Assembly: GCA_013289875.1 (NCBI GenBank)
Contig: JABCZC010000013.1
Location: 7,069-71,068 of the forward strand
Direction: 5' to 3'
DNA: 64,000 nucleotides
DNA from: Acidobacteriota bacterium
Lineage (GTDB): Bacteria; Acidobacteriota; Terriglobia; Terriglobales; Acidobacteriaceae
The notes beneath the pieces were generated by a model. It did no database searches. It was not told where the DNA came from and saw only the letters and a program-made list of their open reading frames with translations. A program made the position numbers and the translations under genes. Of the stretch, positions 16,979 through 24,643 are shown piece after piece. Position 1 is the stretch's first letter. Every line of letters starts with the position of its first letter.

Positions 16979-18292
16979 CTATCCAACCGAAACTTTGAAT
17001 CCGTAACGGGATGCCTGACTGAAACCGGTCCCAAAATCGAGCTGCTGGCCCTGGCCGCCAGCGGCCATCCTCTGACAAACATCCTGCATGACTTCCACGC
17101 GGATCTGCACCGGGGCGCCGGTCTTCCGGCGAAATGTCTGGATACCCGGCACCTGCGGCAGAGGGCGCAGATCGGTTTTGGCGATTCTGTAAAGAGCGTC
17201 GCTTACGCTCGAAGTCGTCTTGAAGTAGCTGTCCAGCCGCGAGCTGCGCAGCAGACGAACTAGGTGGGGACGCATTTCCGCCAGCCAGAGCTGCAGCTTC
17301 AGTCGTTGCATCGACGTCATAAGGTGAACGAGCGAGCCGAGCGTATTGGGTCCAAAATAGGCGCTTTCGGCCATATTCAGCACAATGTGCTTACCCGACT
17401 CGCTGGCAACCCGGGTATATCTCTCAAATTCCGCGAGCAGCCGGCCGGTGAGATTCCCCTGGATGGTAATGACCTCAGTGTCCCCAACCCTGGTGCTGAA
17501 AACCTTGGAGGGGCCATTCTTTCTTGGCTGTGTAGCGGTCGCTGCCATCTGCTGCGGCAAGTAGCGGCCGAGCGTGAAGGCGTCGCTGATATACCTGCCC
17601 AATAGCCGCCGGGGTTCCTGGGCGGCGCGGAAAAACCACTCCATGCCGCTCTTCTGCATCCAGCGCGGGGCGCGTGTAAGCTTGCCCGCGATCATATCGA
17701 GCGAGCCTCCGATGCCGATCGAGACCGGCACTCTCAGGCGATCGCGGTGCATCGAGAGCCACTTCTCCTGCTTGGGATTACCGAAGGCGACCAGCAGAAT
17801 GTCCGGCCGGGCCAACTCGATGCGACGAAGGATCTCTTCGTGATTCATCTCTTCGAGCGGACGAACGGGCGGAGAGTAGCGACCGACAATGCGCAGTCCC
17901 GGATAGCGCTCCTGCAACAGCTCCGAGGCGCGTTGCGAGCTCTTTTCGCCGGCTCCGAGCAGGTAGACGCGATAACCGCGCCGCGCCGCCAGCTCAGCCA
18001 GGCGGGGCACCAGGTCAATACCGCATACGCGCTCTTTCAGTCTGGAGCCCATCAGGCGGGCGGACCACAGGATGGGCATCCCATCCGGGACCACCAGCGA
18101 ACAGGAGCAGAGAATGTTCTGCAACTCCTGGTCGTGAATGGCGTGCATCAGAAAATCCACGTTGGCCGTGGCTACCTGGTGGAAGCCGCCCTCGTCGATT
18201 TTTTGCTCGATGATCGCCACGGCCTCTTCCATTGTGACATTGTTAAATGGCACACCCAGAACAGCTACGGAATTTGGACTTATACCAGGCAT
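16979..18292 (-). CDS. WecG/TagA/CpsF-family glycosyltransferase fused to a C-terminal STAS domain
   Basis: VLGVPFNNVTMEEAV...VATANVDFLM...VVPDGMPILW is the TagA/WecG signature. Residues 304-412 (nt 17180-17506) read as STAS (EVITIQGNLTG...IVLNMAESAYFGPNTLGSLV). The ORF is open to 18415, but Met42 (18292) has a GAGGA Shine-Dalgarno and avoids overlap with the upstream gene. Confidence 0.8.
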   Translation of the reverse strand: MPGISPNSVAVLGVPFNNVTMEEAVAIIEQKIDEGGFHQVATANVDFLMHAIHDQELQNILCSCSLVVPDGMPILWSARLMGSRLKERVCGIDLVPRLAELAARRGYRVYLLGAGEKSSQRASELLQERYPGLRIVGRYSPPVRPLEEMNHEEILRRIELARPDILLVAFGNPKQEKWLSMHRDRLRVPVSIGIGGSLDMIAGKLTRAPRWMQKSGMEWFFRAAQEPRRLLGRYISDAFTLGRYLPQQMAATATQPRKNGPSKVFSTRVGDTEVITIQGNLTGRLLAEFERYTRVASESGKHIVLNMAESAYFGPNTLGSLVHLMTSMQRLKLQLWLAEMRPHLVRLLRSSRLDSYFKTTSSVSDALYRIAKTDLRPLPQVPGIQTFRRKTGAPVQIRVEVMQDVCQRMAAGGQGQQLDFGTGFSQASRYGFKVSVG

Positions 18293-18395
18293 AATTGCGA
18301 AATCCTCAAAGCTTTCAATTGGTGCATCGTTTAAAACTCGGGGGAGCCGAGAGGTCTCAAAGGCGACCCAACCTTTCCTTCTCAAAACAAACGGC

Positions 18396-19058
18396 TTACA
18401 TGTGCGGGGATCCATTCCCCAGGATTTGCATACGGGCGCTGCCTGCCCGCGAGGGGACCCGGGCGGGCATTTCGATTACCTCGCAGGCACCCGATTCCAG
18501 ACTGTGGCGCCGGTCTCCATACGAAATATCCGCGGCTTCGATCGGGCTTACGTCGTCCCGGGCGACTTCGACAGCGATGGCCTGGCCAACCGATGCAACG
18601 CAGATCACCAGCCGCAGTGCGTTTGCCGTGTGTACCAGCCGCCCTTCGAGGCCGGCGAGAGGCCCGCGTTGAATGCGCAGCAGCGTGCCTGTGGCCAGGT
18701 AGGGATGGCGTGTGCAGCGCGCACCGCTGTTCAATGACTGGCGCAAAGATTCAATTTCAAGCTCGGGCACCGCTTCCGGTTGGCCCAGGTTGCCAAGTAG
18801 CCTGACAACGCCGGTGGTTTCCAGCACACGTACGCGGTTGCTAAGGGTGGGTTCAAATCGGGCAAAGAGGTATCCGCCGAAGGCCGGTACGTTCATGGAC
18901 TTTTTCCGATCCTTCCACTCATGGACCTCGCTCAAGGTCGGCAGATAGTTCTCCAATCCTTTAGCGGTCAGGTCATTCGCGATACGCTGCTCGTAGCGAT
19001 AGCGTGTTTGAATCGCGAACCATTGAGTCCGGGTTATGTGTGAAAGTTCCATGGTCAT
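18396..19058 (-). CDS. NusG paralog (UpxY/RfaH/LoaP-like specialised antiterminator)
   Basis: NGN-type start WFAIQTRYRYE...PAFGGYLFARF...VVRLLG and a KOW-like GTLLRIQRGPLAGLEGRLV. It sits at the head of a long co-directional gene train. Confidence 0.8.
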   Translation of the reverse strand: MTMELSHITRTQWFAIQTRYRYEQRIANDLTAKGLENYLPTLSEVHEWKDRKKSMNVPAFGGYLFARFEPTLSNRVRVLETTGVVRLLGNLGQPEAVPELEIESLRQSLNSGARCTRHPYLATGTLLRIQRGPLAGLEGRLVHTANALRLVICVASVGQAIAVEVARDDVSPIEAADISYGDRRHSLESGACEVIEMPARVPSRAGSARMQILGNGSPHM

Positions 19059-19190
19059 CTCGACAATTTCACTGAAGTTGCTGGGGCTTCGCCCATGCCA
19101 GTCGCGAAGGCCGGGATAATAGCTGGTACCAGGGGCGAGACATCGTTAAGCAATAGGGTCGGCAGCAAAAAAAATTCAGTGATTCGACTT

Positions 19191-19454
19191 CTACTTCAAA
19201 ATTTCCTGAGGCTTCGCTTCATTGGAGAAGCTCTCGTCGTTGACCTGCACTCTGTAAAAGAGCCACTCCGGGTCGCTATGTAAAATCGTTGCAATCTGTT
19301 CTCGAATGTCTCCGCTTGGTTGACGGAATCCATTGATGATCCTGCTGAGGTGGGCTTCATCGATGCCGAGCATTCTCGCCAGCCGATTCTGGCGAATCCC
19401 GGTGGTGTAAATTCGCAATTTCAGGTTCGGATAGATCTCTCGACCAAGGCTCAA
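19191..19454 (-). CDS. Small XRE-family helix-turn-helix regulator
   Basis: IRQNRLARMLGIDEAHLSRIINGFRQPS is an HTH_3-type motif. The track ORF extends to 19574, but that extension contains the sigma-54 promoter. TTG 19454 is preceded by AAGGG and gives an 87-aa protein. Confidence 0.65.
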   Translation of the reverse strand: MSLGREIYPNLKLRIYTTGIRQNRLARMLGIDEAHLSRIINGFRQPSGDIREQIATILHSDPEWLFYRVQVNDESFSNEAKPQEILK

Positions 19455-19531
19455 TGTCTTACCCTTAATGTGTGTGGACTTCTGCCGGTTACTGACGGGC
19501 CATGCCAAAACAGCGACACACTCCCGGTAAA

Positions 19532-19547
19532 TGCAATCAGGGTGCCA
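19532..19547 (-). promoter_or_regulatory. Sigma-54 (-24/-12) promoter
   Basis: Reverse strand reads TGGCACCCTGATTGCA, matching TGGCAC-N5-TTGCA with correct GG-N10-GC spacing. It faces the XRE/NusG/EPS genes, and a sigma-54 activator gene lies divergently about 350 bp away. Confidence 0.65.
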
Positions 19548-19899
19548 AACGGTATTCGGCCCGTTTGACAACATATTGTTGATCTGTCCAGGAATTGGGG
19601 GTGTTTGGAAGTCCCAATTAGTCTCCAGAGTTCCGAAAAAGTTTGAACGGTGGAGAAAAGTCCGACGAGAAGGGTTGTCGTTGGGAGTGGATTTGTGGGT
19701 GCCGAAGGTAACTTGGTTATGGGTACCTGACCGGGGTCAATTCTCGGCTATTGGTAATTCCCACGAAAGTGGTTTTGCTCACTCACCGGCTAAGCGCTAT
19801 GATCCGCTTACTTAGAGTTGTCGTGCCATGCAAGCCGATGATGTTTTGCTGTGCTGCCTCTTTCTCTCTTAATCTCTCGATTCCTGCGTGGAGTGCCTA

Positions 19900-21327
19900 A
19901 TGTCCGGTCTAATTCTGTTGATTGGCGAGAGTCCGCAAGCTCATGAGCCGCTGATTCAGAACCTGAAGTGTCACGGATACAGCGTGCTCCCGGTAAGGAC
20001 TTTGCCGGAGGCCCTTCTGCATCTTCGCAACCCGGCTTTTACGGTAGCGGCAGTTATTTCCAATGTGGGCATGCGTCGTCAGCAGGACCTGGACACCATT
20101 CTCGAAATATGTGCGTCGCGACCACATCTACCTTTGATCCTTGCCGTGAACGAGCTGCATGAGCTGCACCGCGAATTTCGCACTTCCGTCCGCGGCCTTC
20201 ATATATTGAAAACGCCGCTTGCACACCAGGATTCCTACCGCGCCATCCGCGAGGTAATTGATTCGGCCCGCTTTTCTCTGAACCAGGACAGGGATCTGGA
20301 TCCCGACCTGCCGACGCGGGTTCTGGCCGCCGACGTATCTGGCGCCGTGGTGCAGCATTATTCCGAGTCGTTCCTGTCCCGCGTGGGCATGGCCGACGTT
20401 CCTGTGCTGTTGCATGGGGAAACCGGGGTGGGGAAGGAGGTCATGGCGCGCCGCTTGTGTGCTTACTCTTCTCGCGCTAACAAGCCTTTTTTGAAATTGA
20501 ATTGCGCGGCGCTGCCTTCCGAACTGATCGAGAGCGAGTTGTTCGGGTACGAGAAGGGTGCTTTTACGGGCGCAACGATCGACAAGCCGGGCAAATTTGA
20601 GCTTGCCCAGGGAGGAACCATTCTGCTGGACGAGATCGGCGACATGGATATCCGTCTCCAGGCAAAGCTTCTCCAGGTGCTGCAGGATGGCGAAGTGCAG
20701 CCGCTGGGCAGCCGGCGCATCGTGAAGGTGGACGCTCGGGTGATGGCGGCCACGCACCGTGATCTGCGCAAAGGGATCGAAGAGGGAGCATTTCGCGAAG
20801 ATCTTTACTACCGCCTCAACGTCATCAATATTGTGATTCCGCCCTTGCGCGAACGTCCGCAGGAGATTATTCCCCTGGCAGAGACGCTGCTGCACCGGCA
20901 CTTGCCGCCTGGTGCGACCGCTCCGGTTCTTACCAGGGAACTGCAATCCGCGATGCTCGAATACAACTGGCCTGGCAATGTACGCGAAGTCGAAAATGTG
21001 ATGCGCCGCTATCTGGTCTACCAGGACGCGGACTTACTGATTCAAGAGTTGGTGCGCCTTAACTCAGCTACCGCTGCGCCAGCCGAAAGGGCTCCAGAGC
21101 AAAGCCATGCCAACGGGAAGAACGGAAAAGTTGTGACCATGGACCACCTGGAGCAGAATTCGCGTGAGGCGGAGACGAAGCTGCTTCTCGACGCGCTGAG
21201 TGCCACCCGATGGAACCGGCGGCAAGCGGCGGCACAACTAAATATCGATTACAAGGCCTTTCTCTACAAACTGCAGAAATATGGGATTGTTGAGACGAAG
21301 GCGAAGCGCGGGGAAATCGGCGCTTGA
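19900..21327 (+). CDS. Sigma-54-dependent transcriptional activator (bEBP) with a pseudo-receiver N-domain
   Basis: AAA+ motifs GETGVGKE and ESELFGYEKGAFTGA, plus a C-terminal Fis-type HTH (WNRRQAAAQLNIDYKAFLYKL). ATG 19900 has GGAG 6 nt upstream (the track starts at GTG 19888). Confidence 0.9.
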   Translation: MSGLILLIGESPQAHEPLIQNLKCHGYSVLPVRTLPEALLHLRNPAFTVAAVISNVGMRRQQDLDTILEICASRPHLPLILAVNELHELHREFRTSVRGLHILKTPLAHQDSYRAIREVIDSARFSLNQDRDLDPDLPTRVLAADVSGAVVQHYSESFLSRVGMADVPVLLHGETGVGKEVMARRLCAYSSRANKPFLKLNCAALPSELIESELFGYEKGAFTGATIDKPGKFELAQGGTILLDEIGDMDIRLQAKLLQVLQDGEVQPLGSRRIVKVDARVMAATHRDLRKGIEEGAFREDLYYRLNVINIVIPPLRERPQEIIPLAETLLHRHLPPGATAPVLTRELQSAMLEYNWPGNVREVENVMRRYLVYQDADLLIQELVRLNSATAAPAERAPEQSHANGKNGKVVTMDHLEQNSREAETKLLLDALSATRWNRRQAAAQLNIDYKAFLYKLQKYGIVETKAKRGEIGA

Positions 21328-21330
21328 CGG

Positions 21331-21345
21331 TGGATTTGCGCCTGC
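21331..21345 (+). promoter_or_regulatory. Weak sigma-54-like element upstream of the tailoring operon
   Basis: TGGATTTGCGCCTGC has GG-N10-GC spacing and a CTGC -12 element, about 40 nt before the TTG start at 21386. The -24 half is poor. Confidence 0.25.
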
Positions 21346-21385
21346 TGCATGAGGCGTTTGATTCGCTTGCAGTGAGGAGCCAGTC

Positions 21386-21943
21386 TTGTTTGAGAATCTA
21401 CGTGAGGATTTTCGCACGTATGACTACCAGTGGTCCCGTCAGGGCCTCTGGCTCATGGTGGTCTACCGCTTTGGACGATGGCGTTATACCATCCGCCGGC
21501 GGTGGATGCGGCTCCCGTTCTCCTTTCTCTATAAAGTGCTGAAGCCATTTTCCGAGATCCTCACGGGTATCGAATTGCCTTGCGAAGCGACCATTGGCAG
21601 ACGCTTCCGCATCGACCATTTCGGCGGCATCGTGATCAGCGGAGATGCGGTGTTCGGCGATGACTGCGTGATTCGCAACGGAGTCACCGTGGGATTGCGG
21701 CATGCGGGTGTTCGCGGCGCACCGATTTTCGGCAACCGCGTGGATGTCGGCGCCGGCGCAAAGATACTTGGAGCGATTCGCATCGGCGACGATGTCGTGA
21801 TCGGAGCCAATGCCGTCGTCCTCAGAGATGTGCCCGCGAATTCCGTTGCCGTGGGCGTTCCTGCACGAATTTTGCCCCGCAAACTTCAGGAACTCGCCAC
21901 CGAGCCAATTGCCGACGACGGAATTCTCGAGGCGCAGGTATGA
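21386..21943 (+). CDS. Hexapeptide-repeat O-acetyltransferase (serine acetyltransferase-like)
   Basis: Left-handed beta-helix repeats (IGRRFRIDHFGGIVISGDAVFGDDCVIRNGVTVG...VGAGAKILGAIRIGDDVVIGANAVV). TTG start with GAGGAG 6 nt upstream. Confidence 0.85.
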   Translation: MFENLREDFRTYDYQWSRQGLWLMVVYRFGRWRYTIRRRWMRLPFSFLYKVLKPFSEILTGIELPCEATIGRRFRIDHFGGIVISGDAVFGDDCVIRNGVTVGLRHAGVRGAPIFGNRVDVGAGAKILGAIRIGDDVVIGANAVVLRDVPANSVAVGVPARILPRKLQELATEPIADDGILEAQV

Positions 21944-22004
21944 AAGCACGTTGGAAATCCGCGGCGTACGAGTCTCCATGCTGGAGCCGGAATGAGGCTA
22001 CTGA

Positions 22005-23024
22005 TTGAGCACGCCTGCGATTTCGGTTGTGGTTATCGGGAGGAACGAGGGCCAGAGACTGGCTCGATGCTTGGAGTCGATTCGCCTGATGCGTGGCTTC
22101 GACGGTGAAAGCATCCAGATTATCTATGTCGATTCGGCCTCGAAGGATGGCAGCCCGGAACTTGCGTCTACGTATGGCGCCGAAGTGATCATCGTTCATG
22201 CGGAGCGCCCGACCGCCGCTCTCGGCCGGAATGCCGGCTGGCGTGTCGCGAAGTCGGAGTTCGTCCTATTCCTCGATGGCGACACGGTGCTGCACCCCGA
22301 TTTCGTGAAGGCCGCCTCAGAGCCGATGCTGCAGGATGCATCGATCGTCGCGGTGTGGGGCCATCGGCGCGAAATCCATCCCGAGGTCTCGATCTACAAC
22401 CGCATCCTCGATCTGGACTGGGTGTATGCGCCAGGCATTGCCGAGTTCTGCGGTGGCGACGTGCTTATGCGCCGCCGTGCCCTTGAGCAGGTCGACGGAT
22501 ATGACAACGAGTTGATTGCCGGCGAGGAACCTGAGATGTGTCGCCGCATGCGAGCCCGCGGCTACCGCATTTTGCATGTCGACCACCCTATGACGGGGCA
22601 CGATCTGCAGATGACGCGATTGAGCCAGTACTGGAAACGCGCGACTCGTGCCGGCCATGCCTTTGCCGAGATATCCCGCCGTTTTCGCAACAGCGACGAT
22701 CCTGCCTGGGAGACCGACCGCAAGCGCAATCTGCTGCGTGGAATCTTCTGGGCGGCTTCACTGGCAATCGCTCTGATCGTAAGCGCTCTCAGATTCACCC
22801 TTCTTCCCCTTGCCCTTTGGTCGGCGCTGCTTATAGCGCTGTCTCTTCGTTCAGCGTGGAAGTCACGCTGGAAATCGCACGACGTTGTTACCCTCCTCCT
22901 CTACGGCGTCCATTCCCATCTACAGCAGATCCCCATCTGCATTGGCCAGTTGCGATATGCCCTGGACCAAAGGCGCGGGAACCGGCGCGCACTCATCGAA
23001 TACAAGGAATCCGACGGCATTTAG
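22005..23024 (+). CDS. Family-2 glycosyltransferase with C-terminal TM helices
   Basis: ISVVVIGRNEG, YVDSASKDGS and LDGDTV motifs. TTG start with GAGG upstream. Confidence 0.85.
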   Translation: MSTPAISVVVIGRNEGQRLARCLESIRLMRGFDGESIQIIYVDSASKDGSPELASTYGAEVIIVHAERPTAALGRNAGWRVAKSEFVLFLDGDTVLHPDFVKAASEPMLQDASIVAVWGHRREIHPEVSIYNRILDLDWVYAPGIAEFCGGDVLMRRRALEQVDGYDNELIAGEEPEMCRRMRARGYRILHVDHPMTGHDLQMTRLSQYWKRATRAGHAFAEISRRFRNSDDPAWETDRKRNLLRGIFWAASLAIALIVSALRFTLLPLALWSALLIALSLRSAWKSRWKSHDVVTLLLYGVHSHLQQIPICIGQLRYALDQRRGNRRALIEYKESDGI

Positions 23025-23066
23025 ACAAAGTGACCGCGGGATAGAACGGCGTTTTCTCAGGCAAGT

Positions 23067-24512
23067 ATGCGGTTTTTTGAACTACTTATCTGCTTGTTCA
23101 TCTTTATTCTCGTCGCCTGGATGCTCCTCGGCGCGCGTCCAGCCCGGCGAGGAATCCGCATGCTCGTCATTCTGCTGTTCGCAACGCTCATCGTGCATCT
23201 AAATGCCGAAGGCGCCCGCTGGCAAATGGTGCCAGCCTATCTCGCCGCGAGCATCGGGCTGGTCTGGGTCCTGGCCGGAAGGCCGATGGCGGTCGGCTCG
23301 ATTCGTTGGATTGGCGCGGGATGCCTACTGCTGCTGGTTGGCACCGGAGTGCTTTCCTTCATGCTGCCCATGTTTCAGCTGCCCAGACCAACCGGAGAAT
23401 ACGCTGTCGGTACGCGCATCCTATATATGGTGGATGCGAGCCGGAAGGATGAGTATGGGCTTGCGCCGACCGGCCACCGGGAGTTGATGGTGCAGGCGTG
23501 GTATCCTGCGCAGCCCGCAGGAGAGCGGCTCGCCGCTTATCGCCGCCGTGAGGAAACCTCGTGGTTCTCGTCCTACCAGTCCCTCCTGCGAACACATTCC
23601 TTCCTCGACGCGGCGGTTCGACCCGCCGGCGCGCCATATCCAGTGCTGATCTTCAATCCAGCCTGGACGAGTCAGAGAACGCAAAGCACATTCCTAATGG
23701 AGGAGCTGGCGAGCCACGGCTTTGTGGTTGTCAGCATCGACCACACATACTACTCCGGGGTGGTTGCCTTTCCTGATGGCCGCGTGATCGACGCGCGGTT
23801 CGCGCCGCGCCTTGAAGACTTTGATCATTTGACCGTTGATCAGGTGGACGCTTTAGGAGACAAGTATGCGCAAATTCTGGCGAAGGACGACAGTTTCGTC
23901 CTTGACCAGCTGCAGGCGCTGAATCAGGATTCGGCCGGCCCCTTTTTCGGCCGTCTGAATATGGCTCGTGTGGGAGTACTGGGACACTCTATTGGAGGAG
24001 CGGCAGCGGCGGAAGCCTGTTTTCAGGACCCGCGCATTCAGGCCGCGCTTTCCCTCGATGGATGGATCTTCGGCAGTGTCGCGCGGAATGGTCTTGCAAA
24101 GCCGTTCATGCTGATCTATGAGGGACTCTACGAGGAGAAATGGACGCCGCCGTTTCCTGCTTCGGGTACGCCGTTCGAGCAGAGAAGCTGGCAGATGGAC
24201 CGGATGGATACTGCCAGAATGGATGCAACCTTGCACCGATACGGCGGATATCGTCTTTTCATTGAGGGCGCCAGCCACTGGAACTTCACGGATCGGCCGC
24301 TGTATACGCCGATTCGTTCGTGGGGATACGCGGGCACGATTGCCCCCCAACTCGCTCACCAGATCATCAATCGTTATGCGGTGGCCTTCTTCTCTCATTA
24401 TCTCAAGGGAACGCCGGAGCCGATTATCGAGAAGCTTCCGGATGAATACCCTGAAACCACTTTTGAGATATGGAAGTCCGATTTGGTAAACAAGGCAGTC
24501 GCGACTCGTTGA
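23067..24512 (+). CDS. Membrane-anchored alpha/beta hydrolase (PAF-acetylhydrolase/lipase-like)
   Basis: Three to four N-terminal TM helices followed by an alpha/beta fold with the nucleophile elbow GHSIGGAAA. Confidence 0.7.
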   Translation: MRFFELLICLFIFILVAWMLLGARPARRGIRMLVILLFATLIVHLNAEGARWQMVPAYLAASIGLVWVLAGRPMAVGSIRWIGAGCLLLLVGTGVLSFMLPMFQLPRPTGEYAVGTRILYMVDASRKDEYGLAPTGHRELMVQAWYPAQPAGERLAAYRRREETSWFSSYQSLLRTHSFLDAAVRPAGAPYPVLIFNPAWTSQRTQSTFLMEELASHGFVVVSIDHTYYSGVVAFPDGRVIDARFAPRLEDFDHLTVDQVDALGDKYAQILAKDDSFVLDQLQALNQDSAGPFFGRLNMARVGVLGHSIGGAAAAEACFQDPRIQAALSLDGWIFGSVARNGLAKPFMLIYEGLYEEKWTPPFPASGTPFEQRSWQMDRMDTARMDATLHRYGGYRLFIEGASHWNFTDRPLYTPIRSWGYAGTIAPQLAHQIINRYAVAFFSHYLKGTPEPIIEKLPDEYPETTFEIWKSDLVNKAVATR

Positions 24513-24643
24513 ATGTAGAAACACACCCGGTCGCCGCCGCCAAGCACACAAAAGTGGTGATTCTTCCTGCAGGGCTTTCAGGTACCATTTGATTGGAATT
24601 TTGTTCCGCCACTGTTCACTCCAGAACCTAGCGACTCCCAAAA

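Noticed and set aside
18841-18860. tRNA-like GGTTCAAATC string. More generally, I searched for tRNA, rRNA, CRISPR repeats, transposases, integrases and phage genes.
   Set aside because: The string lies inside the NusG-paralog coding frame with no cloverleaf context. No intergenic region showed tRNA or rRNA features, spaced direct repeats, or mobile-element proteins.
19086-19100. Second sigma-54-like element directly upstream of the NusG paralog (minus strand TGGCATGGGCGAAGC, GG-N10-GC spacing).
   Set aside because: The -12 half is AAGC instead of TTGC, and it lies only about 25 nt from the start codon. It is too weak to call without data.
19059-19190. Search for an ops-like (GGCGGTAG) recruitment element, plus an 8-bp long-range inverted repeat (TCACTGAA/TTCAGTGA) bracketing the XRE-NusG intergenic leader.
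   Set aside because: No ops match is found on the transcribed strand of the leader. The only GGCGGTAG-like strings lie inside coding regions elsewhere. An 8-bp complement within 130 nt is not improbable by chance.
24560-24580. TGGTGA-N6-CTGCA upstream of the FkbH-like gene as a sigma-54 promoter.
   Set aside because: The GG-to-GC spacing is 11 rather than 10. Sigma-54 promoters tolerate essentially no spacing change.
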